Both the position numbers and the translations under genes were made by a program. A stretch of 64,000 bases of DNA from a virus (taxonomy: Duplodnaviria > Heunggongvirae > Uroviricota > Caudoviricetes): the IMG/VR virus record IMGVR_UViG_3300035520_000350, positions 160,466-224,465 of that record; one strand, written 5' to 3'. How positions within the stretch are numbered: the first letter of the stretch is position 1; each line of letters starts with the position of its first letter. This document shows positions 1 through 10,472 of this stretch, in pieces. The notes under the pieces are model-generated. The model ran no database searches, was not told the origin of the DNA, and was given only the letters and a program-made list of their open reading frames with translations.

Positions 1-67
1 TTTTCCCACCTCATCAACATTACGTTATCCTTGTGGTATACATTATTTTCCGAATTGGTTTGCATTT

Positions 68-331
68 ATGTGGCTCTTTAAAAGGCATACATTTATTAGA
101 CCATCTGAAGTTCATATCATCGATCCAAATATGCCCGAATGGGGTAATGGAAAAGCCTGGTTATATTTCAGATTGGACGAGAATAATGAATTCTCTCCGT
201 GGACTAATAAAGACTATGAGTATAAAGAAGTATATACAGAGAAACTTAAACAAAGTATACTTGGACAACTTAGTGTAATACTTGAAGACGATGAGGAGGT
301 ATTTAATGATGAAATGCTGGAGAAGAATTAA
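68..331 (+). CDS. hypothetical protein
   Basis: 87 aa ORF downstream of an AACA-N6-TA motif at 16-27; no recognisable motif. Confidence 0.55.
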   Translation: MWLFKRHTFIRPSEVHIIDPNMPEWGNGKAWLYFRLDENNEFSPWTNKDYEYKEVYTEKLKQSILGQLSVILEDDEEVFNDEMLEKN

Positions 332-716
332 GGAACTGTTTGAACCAAAGAAAGAATCCTTCGAAGAGAAGGATGACTATGTAAAGGAAGTAACAGAATG
401 GTATGATAATATCGTTAAGAAACAGAAAGAAGCTATATATCAGTACCAGCAGTTACTTGATCAGAAGGATACAGCTATCAACATTCTGATTGAAAAGCTT
501 CATGAAGTTGGATATGAAATCCAGGAAGCTAATGAAGACTTCTTAGATTCACCCGGTAATGCTATATCTGTAAGAACTATGACGTTTAAACCTAAAGAGT
601 TTAAGTTAGGCATTCCGTTGGAATCTACAGAAAAGCTTGAGGAGATAGATAACGCCATCGCTTTAAGCAAAGAACAATTAAAGACACACTATGGTGTGGT
701 AGTAGACTACATCTAA
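282..716 (+). CDS. hypothetical coiled-coil protein
   Basis: 144 aa ORF; true start probably slightly downstream, after GAGGAGG at ~293. Confidence 0.65.
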   Translation: MKTMRRYLMMKCWRRIKELFEPKKESFEEKDDYVKEVTEWYDNIVKKQKEAIYQYQQLLDQKDTAINILIEKLHEVGYEIQEANEDFLDSPGNAISVRTMTFKPKEFKLGIPLESTEKLEEIDNAIALSKEQLKTHYGVVVDYI

Positions 717-729
717 AAAGAGAAAGGGA

Positions 730-1356
730 ATGAGAGACATGAAGAAGTTGAAGAATGTGAGAGACAAGTTTTGCAGTTGGTTTTTTCTTGGGTTAGCGGC
801 CGTTGCTTGGTTATTCTTGACATATATTGCAGTAGAGTCATTGACCTCTGGGTATAACAGGTCAGGAGAAAGTTTAGCGGCTGCAACTACAGAAGAGACA
901 GAAGATAGCAGTACTACTGCTACTACTGTTTCATCAGAAGCAAGTTCTGATATAAGTAGTTGGGATGATGTATATGAGGAAGAGATACTTCCTGATGGAA
1001 TATATCTCAATTATTCTGGTACTGGATATCGTACAGTAGGTATTCTTACTACTGGCACTACAGAAGATGGTCTTAGAGTAGTAGATGCTACATTCTACGG
1101 CTCTATGGAGTATGGATACGATATCTCTACATATCAGTCGGAGTTCACAGAATCAGAAACAGGATCTAGTTACTTTGTAAGTACTGAAGGATATTATGAG
1201 TTAGAGTTTCTTGACTTTGGTATGCTTTATGTACACCAGTTGGTAGATACTGAAGATCTTACAACAGATATGTCTTTTGAAGACGGCTATATCTTCTTAT
1301 ATGAGTTTGAAAACAATATAACTTATATTGAAGAGGAGGATGATGCTGAGGGATGA
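730..1356 (+). CDS. membrane-anchored acidic protein
   Basis: N-terminal hydrophobic helix (FFLGLAAVAWLFLTYIAV), S/T/E-rich linker, acidic domain. Confidence 0.7.
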   Translation: MRDMKKLKNVRDKFCSWFFLGLAAVAWLFLTYIAVESLTSGYNRSGESLAAATTEETEDSSTTATTVSSEASSDISSWDDVYEEEILPDGIYLNYSGTGYRTVGILTTGTTEDGLRVVDATFYGSMEYGYDISTYQSEFTESETGSSYFVSTEGYYELEFLDFGMLYVHQLVDTEDLTTDMSFEDGYIFLYEFENNITYIEEEDDAEG

Positions 1357-1823
1357 TATTTGACATTATATCTACCATAGAAGTACCTACTACTAAGTAC
1401 TGGTATGAACTAAAACCTGATGGAACTAGATCAATAGATATAGAACATGGAGAAGAAGAAACCTTTGTCTTCAAATTTGATTCTATATCTAATGAACGAA
1501 TCATATTCAGGGAAGGTCCACCAGTACTTAGAGTGGATGGTAAAGAGATGTACTTTGATATGAAGAATAACTCTTTAAGATCTATACACTTTGAAGACGA
1601 AGAGCATATATGGATAGTAAAGAATCCTAGAGACTTATTAGCTCAGTGTAGAGAAGCTTATCTTAGACAGAAGATTACTGAAAGATTCTTAGGAATTATG
1701 GATGAATCTCCTGTTTCTAGTGATAAGGAAGAGTTAACAGAGATACTTGATGAATTTGAGTTATCTGGTAAGATAGAAGATGAAGGCAGTAACAACGATA
1801 CAGAGGACTACTTAGATGAGTAG
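1353..1823 (+). CDS. hypothetical protein
   Basis: ATGA overlap with upstream gene; ends at terminator hairpin. Confidence 0.7.
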   Translation: MIFDIISTIEVPTTKYWYELKPDGTRSIDIEHGEEETFVFKFDSISNERIIFREGPPVLRVDGKEMYFDMKNNSLRSIHFEDEEHIWIVKNPRDLLAQCREAYLRQKITERFLGIMDESPVSSDKEELTEILDEFELSGKIEDEGSNNDTEDYLDE

Positions 1824-1829
1824 TCCTCT
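1802..1829 (+). terminator. intrinsic terminator hairpin
   Basis: AGAGGACTACT-tagatg-AGTAGTCCTCT, with TTTATTTTTT ~20 nt downstream. Confidence 0.65.
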
Positions 1830-1867
1830 TATCTTGTCTTTAGCTTTTTATTTTTTATATACTGCGG

Positions 1868-1881
1868 AACACTACATTAAA
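1868..1881 (+). promoter_or_regulatory. late-type promoter AACA-N6-TAA
   Basis: AACA-ctacat-TAAA upstream of AGGAGG; motif recurs in many intergenic gaps. Confidence 0.65.
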
Positions 1882-1906
1882 TTCCTAATAGGAGGTTACT
1901 TATATT

Positions 1907-2875
1907 ATGTCAGCTTTAGAGTTAGCAACACAATCAGTTAATAGAAGGTATTCCGATAATGGAAAGTACTTATACGGAACAGATGGAGATAGGATAGATC
2001 TTACTCCAGAACCAGTAGTCGAACCAATGAATCTATTGGATACTGCTACTAATGATTTGGTAAAGAGAAACAATAATGACTTTGTCTATTCATACTTTGG
2101 TATCAAAGTACCTAGAGTATCAGCAGTACTTAACTATTGTAATGGTAATATAGACCATTTAATGAGTTGGGCTTCTAAGTTAGGGTATAAATATAAGTTT
2201 TCTAGAAATAGAACACTTGATATTGGTTCTAAAGCTCATGAAGCAATAGCAGAGTATATGACAGAGGGTTCATTACATACATTAAAGACTGTATCTGGTT
2301 CAGAGAAACAGGATGTAAAGAATGCTGTAAACAGCTTTATGGGATGGTACAATCATGTAACTCTCAACCTTGGATGGAAGGTTGAGGTTTTAGTTTCTGA
2401 ATTTACCTTACTTAGTCCTTGGTTTGGAGGAACTACTGATGCTATCTTGATTATCAATGGTAGAAAGTTTGTAGTAGACTTTAAGACATCTAAGAGACTT
2501 AACGAGAAGTACTTCATTCAGGTAGCAGCTTATCTTTGGATCTTAGACAATTACTACCCTGATCTTGGTCCTATAGAAGGAGTAGGATTACTTAGATTTG
2601 ACAAATCTAATGGTACTTATGAAGATATCTTCTTAGAGAGAAATGACCCTCAGGATGCTGAGTATATCCATCATTGTCAGCAGATATTCTTCATGGCTCT
2701 CAATATGTTTTATGCTATGAATACTTTCGTTACAGAAACTAATGCTACAAGAGAAAGAAGAAAGAAGACCTCTAATAGAGGACTTATATCTGAAGGATTA
2801 GCTCTTGATCCTGTAATAGATAAAAGGAAACAGATGAAGAAAGAATTTGAAAGAATGAATAAGGAGGTAAGTTGA
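1907..2875 (+). CDS. PD-(D/E)XK nuclease (RecB/Cas4-like exonuclease)
   Basis: GSKAHEAI, GTTDAI...VVDFKTS and QVAAY motifs. Confidence 0.8.
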   Translation: MSALELATQSVNRRYSDNGKYLYGTDGDRIDLTPEPVVEPMNLLDTATNDLVKRNNNDFVYSYFGIKVPRVSAVLNYCNGNIDHLMSWASKLGYKYKFSRNRTLDIGSKAHEAIAEYMTEGSLHTLKTVSGSEKQDVKNAVNSFMGWYNHVTLNLGWKVEVLVSEFTLLSPWFGGTTDAILIINGRKFVVDFKTSKRLNEKYFIQVAAYLWILDNYYPDLGPIEGVGLLRFDKSNGTYEDIFLERNDPQDAEYIHHCQQIFFMALNMFYAMNTFVTETNATRERRKKTSNRGLISEGLALDPVIDKRKQMKKEFERMNKEVS

Positions 2876-2878
2876 CCT

Positions 2879-3433
2879 ATGATTATGCATATGATTAGTG
2901 ATCTTAATGTATCTATCAACAACTGGTACAGAGTAAGTAAGTTACCTAAGCTTCTTAAGAAGGTAATCTGTAAGTCTAAAAGAAAGAAGCTTATGAAACA
3001 TATAAAGACTTATAGTGATACTAGCAAACACTTCTATACTTCTAGTGAAGTATATGAGTTTCTTAGCTATGCTGCTATGAATACTGAAAAGTTTCCCTAT
3101 ATGTATATTGACAACCTTGTTACTTATGATGCTACACCCACAGAGTACGGTTGCCTTATTACATTTCCGGATGATAACGTTACATATTCATTTCTTATCT
3201 CCAATAGTACTAATGAGTCTATGAGTCTCATTATAAGGAAGAGTACTATTAAAGGTAATACTACAGTAGCTAATCTTATCTTCAATGAATTAGGGTTAGC
3301 TAATATAGGTACTACGACATACTCTGAGGAGACTGTAAACCTTATAGGAGGTTTAAACAGTATGATAGGCGAAATGATTCGTCAGTTACTTACTGATGAA
3401 TTAGCTAGATCAGAAAGGATCTATGAGATATGA
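2879..3433 (+). CDS. hypothetical protein
   Basis: 184 aa ORF in operon, AGGAGG RBS. Confidence 0.7.
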   Translation: MIMHMISDLNVSINNWYRVSKLPKLLKKVICKSKRKKLMKHIKTYSDTSKHFYTSSEVYEFLSYAAMNTEKFPYMYIDNLVTYDATPTEYGCLITFPDDNVTYSFLISNSTNESMSLIIRKSTIKGNTTVANLIFNELGLANIGTTTYSEETVNLIGGLNSMIGEMIRQLLTDELARSERIYEI

Positions 3434-4095
3434 AACGTGATACAGTAAACAATGAGTTTCTGAAACTTGTCTATGACTTCTATGACTATATCAAGTATAA
3501 TAGTGGTAAAGACAATACAGAAACTAAAGAAGAACCTAGAGGAATTAAAGCATTCTTCTATAAGCTCTTTCATATAAAGAAGAAAGAAGAGCCTACTGAT
3601 AATATCTATAGTAGACTTGAAAACTTCTCATACTCCTTAAGAACAGTAGTTCCATCGTTTGATAGATTATGGGACTTTTGTGAGTTCATTAGAGTAGCAG
3701 AGAAGATATTCTTCTATAGAAACAGTAATGATGAAGTGCTTGCTGTAGAGACTGGTATTACTAAGAACTCTGGAGAGAGAAGATTCAGAATAGTCCTTAA
3801 TAAGGATAGTAAGTATTATGTAGAGTTGAAGTTTACTCTTATCAAAGATCTTACTAGTATGAATATCATAAAGATATCTGTTGTAAGACATTATGGTTTA
3901 GAGATGACTAATACCTATACTATATCAGATGCTGAAATCAATTATGAAGACTCTTCTGATCTCTATCTTATCAATGAGCTCAACTTCATTCTTATGAAGT
4001 GTATGTATACTAAGTTCAATCAAATCTTACGATATATCGCACCTTTATATAATAAAGACGATGGGTATGATGAGGAGTACTTCAAAAATGAATAG
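3430..4095 (+). CDS. hypothetical protein
   Basis: 221 aa ORF, ATGA-coupled. Confidence 0.7.
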   Translation: MKRDTVNNEFLKLVYDFYDYIKYNSGKDNTETKEEPRGIKAFFYKLFHIKKKEEPTDNIYSRLENFSYSLRTVVPSFDRLWDFCEFIRVAEKIFFYRNSNDEVLAVETGITKNSGERRFRIVLNKDSKYYVELKFTLIKDLTSMNIIKISVVRHYGLEMTNTYTISDAEINYEDSSDLYLINELNFILMKCMYTKFNQILRYIAPLYNKDDGYDEEYFKNE

Positions 4096-5194
4096 AGGAA
4101 TGCTAGTAGAGGTTCATATAGCAGATTTACATTTTGCTGCTTTTGATCCTAAGACACAGTTTGATATATTACAGGAACAATTCTTGAATGAGATAGCCAC
4201 TTATCCTAGGATAGATATAATAACTGTCCTAGGAGATATTTTTGATCATAAGCTGATGGCTAACTCTGATGGGATTATGCTTGCGGTTCAGTTTATTGAT
4301 AGACTTATTGGTATAGCTAGACAGAAGAATGCTACGGTAGTATTATTAGCTGGTACACTGTCTCATGATGCTAACCAACTTAAGTTGTTCTATCATTACA
4401 TGAATGATCCTACTGTAGATGTAAGAGTAGTAACTACTATACAGTTTGAGATCATTAAAGGAGCTAAGATACTCTGTATACCAGAGTTATATGGTTTAGA
4501 AGAGAGCATCTACAGACAGCATTTGTTTGGTAGTGGATGGTATGATTCTGCTTTAGTACATGGTACGTTTAAAGGAGCAGTATATGGAGATAACGTTGGT
4601 AATGGAAGACTGTTTACTATAGAAGATTTTATCAACTGTAGTGGTCCTATTATATCTGGTCATGTACACAATGCTGGATGTTTCAATGGATACTATTATT
4701 ATTGTGGTTGTCCTTATAGATGGAAGTTTGGAGAAGAGCAAGATAAAGGATTCATCGTATTATTACACGATTTAGACTCTGGAATACATTATGTGAATTT
4801 CAATAAGATTGAAAGCTTCAGATATGATACGATCTACATAGACGAGCTTACTAATAGTGATCCTAAAGCAGTAATTGATTACATCAATGATCTTAAATAT
4901 AGAAGAGGTATTGACTTCATTAAGGTTAGATTTAGGATTCCTGTATCTGGAGCTAGTAAGACCATCATTAGTAACTATTATCGAAATATAAATGATACTA
5001 CTATAGAGTTTCTTGATGTAGCTGAAGAAGAAAAGAGAAAGATGGAAGAGAAAGTTAAGAACTCTGAGTATGACTTTATATTAGATGATAAGTTAAGTGA
5101 CTTAGAGAAGTTCGTAATGTATGTAAACCATCAAGAACAGTCACAGTTCATAACTGTAGATCAGTTAAAAACATTATTGGAGGAGGAATTATAA
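4088..5194 (+). CDS. sbcD: SbcD/Mre11-like metallophosphoesterase nuclease
   Basis: ADLH, GDIFD, GTxSHD, SGHVH metallophosphoesterase motifs; start at ATG 4088 after GAGGAG. Confidence 0.85.
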   Translation: MNRGMLVEVHIADLHFAAFDPKTQFDILQEQFLNEIATYPRIDIITVLGDIFDHKLMANSDGIMLAVQFIDRLIGIARQKNATVVLLAGTLSHDANQLKLFYHYMNDPTVDVRVVTTIQFEIIKGAKILCIPELYGLEESIYRQHLFGSGWYDSALVHGTFKGAVYGDNVGNGRLFTIEDFINCSGPIISGHVHNAGCFNGYYYYCGCPYRWKFGEEQDKGFIVLLHDLDSGIHYVNFNKIESFRYDTIYIDELTNSDPKAVIDYINDLKYRRGIDFIKVRFRIPVSGASKTIISNYYRNINDTTIEFLDVAEEEKRKMEEKVKNSEYDFILDDKLSDLEKFVMYVNHQEQSQFITVDQLKTLLEEEL

Positions 5195-5755
5195 ATGAAA
5201 CACATTATTATTGTCAACGGTAAGGGTGGTAGTGGAAAGGATTCCATGATCAGAGCTTATGCAGATAATCATACTACTGCATTATCTTATAGCTCTATCT
5301 ATCCGATCAAAGAGATCGCTAAGAAATATGGTTATGATGATAGAGAGAAGACCGATGCTGCTAGAAAGTTTCTTTCTGGATTAAAGAAGGTCTTTACAGA
5401 TTGGAATGAAATTCCAACAAAGTATCTCATGGAAAAGACCAGACTTTTCTTAGAGGCTGATGAATCTATGTATGATGTAATGTTCGTCCAGATCAGAGAA
5501 CCGTCTGAGATTGAGAAATTCATTATTGCTGTAGCTAAAGAAACAGGTTTAGCAATGAATCCTTCTCCTAGTTTTGATATAACTACTATCCTCGTTAAGA
5601 GGGATGAAACAGACAAGAAGGAATATGGTAACTCCTCTGATGACGACGTAGAGAACTATAAGTATGACTATATCTTTGAGAACAACAAGAGACTTGCTGT
5701 TGCCGAATTGGAGTTCCAGTTACTGATTGAGGAGAACATTATAGATCCTGTATAG
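5195..5755 (+). CDS. P-loop deoxynucleoside monophosphate kinase-like protein
   Basis: N-terminal Walker A NGKGGSGKDS; IREPSE and YDYIFEN motifs typical of phage dNMP kinases. Confidence 0.65.
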   Translation: MKHIIIVNGKGGSGKDSMIRAYADNHTTALSYSSIYPIKEIAKKYGYDDREKTDAARKFLSGLKKVFTDWNEIPTKYLMEKTRLFLEADESMYDVMFVQIREPSEIEKFIIAVAKETGLAMNPSPSFDITTILVKRDETDKKEYGNSSDDDVENYKYDYIFENNKRLAVAELEFQLLIEENIIDPV

Positions 5756-5770
5756 TTATTCATGTATCTA

Positions 5771-5798
5771 AAGGCAAGCTATAGTGGCTTGCCTTTTT
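5771..5798 (+). terminator. intrinsic terminator
   Basis: AAGGCAAGC...GCTTGCCTT followed by T-run. Confidence 0.75.
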
Positions 5799-5816
5799 GA
5801 GTCTCCAAATGTGACA

Positions 5817-5830
5817 AACACATTAATAAT
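5817..5830 (+). promoter_or_regulatory. late-type promoter AACA-N6-TAA
   Basis: AACA-cattaa-TAAT upstream of the helicase. Confidence 0.65.
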
Positions 5831-5857
5831 CGTCAGAAAGTTAGGGGATAGATATCA

Positions 5858-7690
5858 ATGAAAATAAAACGAAATAGTGGGTACAATACCCAGAATCAAA
5901 ATAAGCCTATCAAACTTGTTTTAGATATAACTACCCTAGATATAATGTGTAGGTATGTGATTTCTAGTTCTAGTATACTTAGAATGAATCATATTGTTAA
6001 CCTTAAGAAGTTGATAGGTATATTAGACCCTAGTACGTATGAGAACGACATTGAAAAGAAGAAGAGAATAGCTTTTATATCTAAAGCTCTTGAAGCTAGA
6101 TTAGATTTTCATTTGACAGATAGAGCTATGATATTGACACATATAAGAGGTTCGCTTAACTTTGATATTGACTTCATAGAATATAACGCACCAGAGTTAA
6201 ACAAAAATGAATTGGCTTGGATTCATCAATTAGTTTCCGAGACTTTACAGTACCAATTTGTGTACGATAAGATACCTAAGATTCAGGATTTATGCACGAG
6301 ATTCAACACTTCCGATTACTCACACAGGGGAACCGTTGTGAAAGAATTTGAGAGTTTAGTGGATGAATTAAAGAACGATTTTAGGCATTCTAAGGTAGAA
6401 GATAACTGTAACGAGATGACTTTCTCATTAAGAGAAGGTATATTTGAAAGTGCTGTTACAGATACTTATAACACAGTAACTAATCCATCTCATAGACTTA
6501 TATGTGGTATGAGTGGATTCAATGAAATGCTTGGAGGAGGGTTTGAATCAGGAAGAGTTTATATGTTGTTCGGACTAGGTGGAATCGGTAAATCTCTTAC
6601 TCTTCTTAATCTATTAACCCAGATTAAGAAGTATAATAGATATTATAGAACTAAAGATCCGACTAAGACACCATGTGTTGTTCTGTTGACAATGGAAAAC
6701 ACTATGGTAGAGACAATCAGTAGATTGTTTTCATTATGTGATGATGGGATTGGTTCAATGGGAGACTACACCATTGATGAAGTTATAAATATATTAAGAA
6801 CTAAGGGAGAGTTAAGACTTGATACAGATTCGCCTATAGACATTGTAATCAAGTATCGTCCTAATAAGTCAGAAGATACAAGTTACTTCTATACTTTATG
6901 CGATGACTTAGAAGACATGGGATATGAGGTTATATGTTTCATACAAGATCATGTAAAGAGAATACGTTCTATTTATGGTAGTCCTGATCTTCGTATTGAG
7001 TTAGGTGATATTGTTAATGAGATGAAGGTATTCGCTGCAGAGAAAGATATACCAGTAATATCTGTATCTCATCTTAATAGAGAAGCATCTAAGATTATGG
7101 AAGATGGTGCAGCAAAAGGTGCTACCACTGATTTGACTCTTAAGATGGGTAAGTCTAATGTAGGTGAATCTTTACTTATGATAGATAACTTGGATTGCGG
7201 TATTATTATTAACCTTGACTTTGATCAAGATGGTAATAGATATCTGTGCTATAACTTGATTAAGATGAGAGATAAGCCTATGAGGACTTATATAGCTCAA
7301 CCATTTGTATATGGCTCTACTATTAAATTAGTAGAGGATGTAGGAACTATACCTGCATTTAAAGAGAGCCTTCATATGTTGCCTCAGATTCAGAGAAATG
7401 CTTCTATTAGAACTAACTCTGCTTCTACAGTAATGAATATCAATAGCATCATTAACGATAGTGATGATGAGTTAGATAATGCATTCTCTAATGCTTCTAT
7501 GTACTATGATCTCGATAAGACAGCAACAGAACCAAAGAGAGAGATTATTTGCCCAATCTACTACTTTGAAGATCAGAAACCTAATATGAGTACGTTAGAG
7601 ATGGTAAAGAATAAGATAAGAAACATGACAGTACCAGAGAATGTAAGTATTGATATGCCAAGTGAACCTGAATTGTTTATGGTAGGTTAG
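5858..7690 (+). CDS. dnaB: DnaB-like replicative helicase
   Basis: GFNEMLGGGFESG, Walker A GLGGIGKS, LTMEN, IQDH (Walker B variant), SHLNRE. Confidence 0.85.
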   Translation: MKIKRNSGYNTQNQNKPIKLVLDITTLDIMCRYVISSSSILRMNHIVNLKKLIGILDPSTYENDIEKKKRIAFISKALEARLDFHLTDRAMILTHIRGSLNFDIDFIEYNAPELNKNELAWIHQLVSETLQYQFVYDKIPKIQDLCTRFNTSDYSHRGTVVKEFESLVDELKNDFRHSKVEDNCNEMTFSLREGIFESAVTDTYNTVTNPSHRLICGMSGFNEMLGGGFESGRVYMLFGLGGIGKSLTLLNLLTQIKKYNRYYRTKDPTKTPCVVLLTMENTMVETISRLFSLCDDGIGSMGDYTIDEVINILRTKGELRLDTDSPIDIVIKYRPNKSEDTSYFYTLCDDLEDMGYEVICFIQDHVKRIRSIYGSPDLRIELGDIVNEMKVFAAEKDIPVISVSHLNREASKIMEDGAAKGATTDLTLKMGKSNVGESLLMIDNLDCGIIINLDFDQDGNRYLCYNLIKMRDKPMRTYIAQPFVYGSTIKLVEDVGTIPAFKESLHMLPQIQRNASIRTNSASTVMNINSIINDSDDELDNAFSNASMYYDLDKTATEPKREIICPIYYFEDQKPNMSTLEMVKNKIRNMTVPENVSIDMPSEPELFMVG

Positions 7691-7698
7691 AGTAATTT

Positions 7699-7729
7699 AG
7701 GAACAGTCTATAGTTAGACTGTTCCTTTT
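7699..7729. terminator. terminator between convergent genes
   Basis: AGGAACAGTCTA-tagt-TAGACTGTTCCT. Confidence 0.75.
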
Positions 7730-7734
7730 ACCTG

Positions 7735-8172
7735 TCAGTATTCTCCAATGTCTGTTCTGTTAGTAGTTATTGCTTCTGATTCAGCATTGTATACCATAGA
7801 CATAAATTCCTTCAAGACGGAATTCTTCGGTAGGTAAAGATTTCCTTTCATAGTAAACTCTGTTGGAGTAACTACCCCATTAGCAATCATAACTATGAAA
7901 TCTAACTGAGTTGAGCCGTACATATCATATGCTAATAAATCAGGTGAGTATATATAGTGTGCTCTATCTCTATCAGTTAGTCCGGTTATCTCTACACAAA
8001 TAAGTTTGAGTTCATCTAAGTAATCATCAATGATACAATGATCTATGAACTCTATTCCGTTTTGTACTTCTAGTATAGAAAAATTTCTATACGTCATATC
8101 ATCATTAACACCGGCAGCTATAAAGTCAGGGACAGTACATGTTTCTGCTGGTGCAGTGGTATTTGAAGCCAT
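7735..8172 (-). CDS. baseplate wedge-like protein (T4 gp53/LysM-like)
   Basis: YIYSPDLLAYDMYGSTQLDFIVMIANG resembles the gp53 RPD..A...YG...WI....N pattern; start ATG 8172 after AGAGGTG; late promoter upstream. Confidence 0.6.
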   Translation of the reverse strand: MASNTTAPAETCTVPDFIAAGVNDDMTYRNFSILEVQNGIEFIDHCIIDDYLDELKLICVEITGLTDRDRAHYIYSPDLLAYDMYGSTQLDFIVMIANGVVTPTEFTMKGNLYLPKNSVLKEFMSMVYNAESEAITTNRTDIGEY

Positions 8173-8200
8173 AATATCACCTCTTTTGGTCTTATTATAT

Positions 8201-8214
8201 TTTACTAAGATGTT
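8201..8214 (-). promoter_or_regulatory. late-type promoter AACA-N6-TAA
   Basis: minus strand AACA-tcttag-TAAA. Confidence 0.65.
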
Positions 8215-8299
8215 TTGTAGGTATAAACTATACATATGGAAGAAAGGATTAGAATGTAAACAAGAAGAAAACTATGAATTAAAAGGAGGTTATAAGACA

Positions 8300-10414
8300 A
8301 TGGAATATTTGTATACACATGGTCCTTACAGGGAGCTAGTAGAGACTGGCTTCCAACGAATTGAAACAAAAGACCTTAATAAGGCAAACATAGATGAGCA
8401 TTTTGATGCTATCATCGCAATCTTACAGGATGGTATTGAGACACCATTCGTTCAACACATGATGGTCAATGTTTTGTTTGCAGATGGAGTTGATCTCGAT
8501 CTGTCTATTTTTGATTATCTCTTCAATTTGATGTTTTGGCATCTTATTGTTGATGTAGATGAGGAGATTCAGTCCATTCACCTCTTCTACTATGAAGATA
8601 TGACAAAGAGAAACATTAAGGAATACATGGATAAGGTATTTGTTAAGCAGATAAGAACTAAGATACCATTCATGGATATGAATCAGATAGCAGATCATGC
8701 TGTGACTCTGTTTAGAAAGCTGAGTCAGTTCCAGATGTATCTGTCTAACACTGTTAACTTAGAGGATACTATAGCTCTTATGAATAAGTATCCTGACTTT
8801 AATGATACAATTCATATTGATCTGTCTGGTGTTCCTATGGCAGATGTAAAGAGTATAGGTATGGATGCTACCTATAAGCAGGTAGAGTATATCAAGAACA
8901 GTAACCATTGTCTGAGAGATTCATTCAGATCAGGTGAAGCCGTATCTATAAAGCAGTATAAAGAAGTAGCAGTAAACATTGGTTCAAAACCAGATGGACA
9001 GGGAGGAGTATTCCCGAATATTATCAACCATTCATTTATTAATGGTGGTCTACGTACACCGGAAGAGTTATGTATTGAATCTTCTATTGGACGTATTGCT
9101 CAGATTCTACAGAAAGGAAACGTAGGTGAGTCAGGAGCATTTGCAAGACGTTTAGGACTAAACAATCAGGATTCTAGAATCCATGATGATCCTAATTATG
9201 TATGTGATACTAAGAACTTTGAATTGGTTACCATTAAGAATGGAACTATTCTTGATATGTATGATATGAGATATTATCGCACTGTTCCTAATGGACCAGA
9301 TATCTTATTGGATGCTGATACTGATAAGCATCTTATTGGAAAGACATTGTATTTCAGATCTCCTATGACTTGTGCTTCTGCGGCTAGAGGAGATGGAATA
9401 TGCTATAGATGCTACGGAAATCTAGCCTATGTGAATAGAGATATCAATATAGGTCAGATAGCCGCTGAGTTATTGAGTTCTATTTATACTCAGATTCTGT
9501 TGTCTGCTAAGCATCTTCTTGAGTCTAAGGTTATCAAGATGCAGTGGACAGAAGGATTCGAAGATTGGTTTGAGGTTAACTTCAATACAATTGGATTATA
9601 TCAGGATAAGGAATATCGTGGAGTGAAGATTATCATTCCTACTGATATCCAGAATGATGATGAGTTTGATGATGTGATCTATTCTGATTATATCACCAGC
9701 TTCTTATTGAAGTTTGATAATGGAGTAGAGTTGGATATCCATACATCAGAAGCAGATCCAATCTATATCCATCCAGATCTTATGCAGGTTATTAAAGCAT
9801 CTCCGGATACAGAGTTAGGAACTGTTATAGATGCTCATAAGATAACTCATCTTCCAATCTTGTTCATGATTAACTTCAAGAATAGTGAGTTGTCTAGAAC
9901 TATGCAACAGATCAAGAACCTTATTGACAATAAGACAACTATCCGGAAGTATGATAGAAACTCTATACTGGATACATTCATTGGTACTAATATCGAAGGT
10001 GGTATTAAGTTGAATGCCGTACACTTTGAGGTTCTCTTGATGAACCAGATAAGAAACGCTGAGGATATCTTAGAGATGCCGGAGTGGAATGTTCCTAATG
10101 AAGATTATCAGCTTATCACGTTAGGAGATTCTCTTACCAACAACAGATCTATATCTATCAGACTACAGAACAATAAGATTGATAGAACTATGATCAATCC
10201 GGCTAATAGAAGAGTTACAAAGGCATCCAATATGGATGTATACTATATGAGACAGCCGCAGGAGTACATCACTAATAAAGAGATAGTGGATGATTCTTAT
10301 AAGCTTAAGAATGATATCGAAGACAATAAGATTTGTCCTATCTATTATCTTAATGGTGATGCAGAGAACGAAGCTACCGGTGATATCAACAAAGTAACAA
10401 GATCTAGACGTTAA
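8300..10414 (+). CDS. RNA polymerase beta-prime-like subunit, C-terminal part (probably non-virion RNAP)
   Basis: bridge helix GESGAFARRL, Zn site RSPMTC...GICYRCYG, trigger loop NIGQIAAELLSSIYTQILLSAKH, HFEVLL; start 8300 after AGGAGG. Confidence 0.9.
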   Translation: MEYLYTHGPYRELVETGFQRIETKDLNKANIDEHFDAIIAILQDGIETPFVQHMMVNVLFADGVDLDLSIFDYLFNLMFWHLIVDVDEEIQSIHLFYYEDMTKRNIKEYMDKVFVKQIRTKIPFMDMNQIADHAVTLFRKLSQFQMYLSNTVNLEDTIALMNKYPDFNDTIHIDLSGVPMADVKSIGMDATYKQVEYIKNSNHCLRDSFRSGEAVSIKQYKEVAVNIGSKPDGQGGVFPNIINHSFINGGLRTPEELCIESSIGRIAQILQKGNVGESGAFARRLGLNNQDSRIHDDPNYVCDTKNFELVTIKNGTILDMYDMRYYRTVPNGPDILLDADTDKHLIGKTLYFRSPMTCASAARGDGICYRCYGNLAYVNRDINIGQIAAELLSSIYTQILLSAKHLLESKVIKMQWTEGFEDWFEVNFNTIGLYQDKEYRGVKIIIPTDIQNDDEFDDVIYSDYITSFLLKFDNGVELDIHTSEADPIYIHPDLMQVIKASPDTELGTVIDAHKITHLPILFMINFKNSELSRTMQQIKNLIDNKTTIRKYDRNSILDTFIGTNIEGGIKLNAVHFEVLLMNQIRNAEDILEMPEWNVPNEDYQLITLGDSLTNNRSISIRLQNNKIDRTMINPANRRVTKASNMDVYYMRQPQEYITNKEIVDDSYKLKNDIEDNKICPIYYLNGDAENEATGDINKVTRSRR

Positions 10415-10420
10415 ATCCTT

Positions 10421-10456
10421 ATGGGGTGGTATATTCTTCCACCCCATTTATTTTTT
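10421..10456 (+). terminator. intrinsic terminator
   Basis: TGGGGTGG...CCACCCCA followed by TTTATTTTTT. Confidence 0.7.
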
Positions 10457-10472
10457 GTTTGGAGGCTTTATA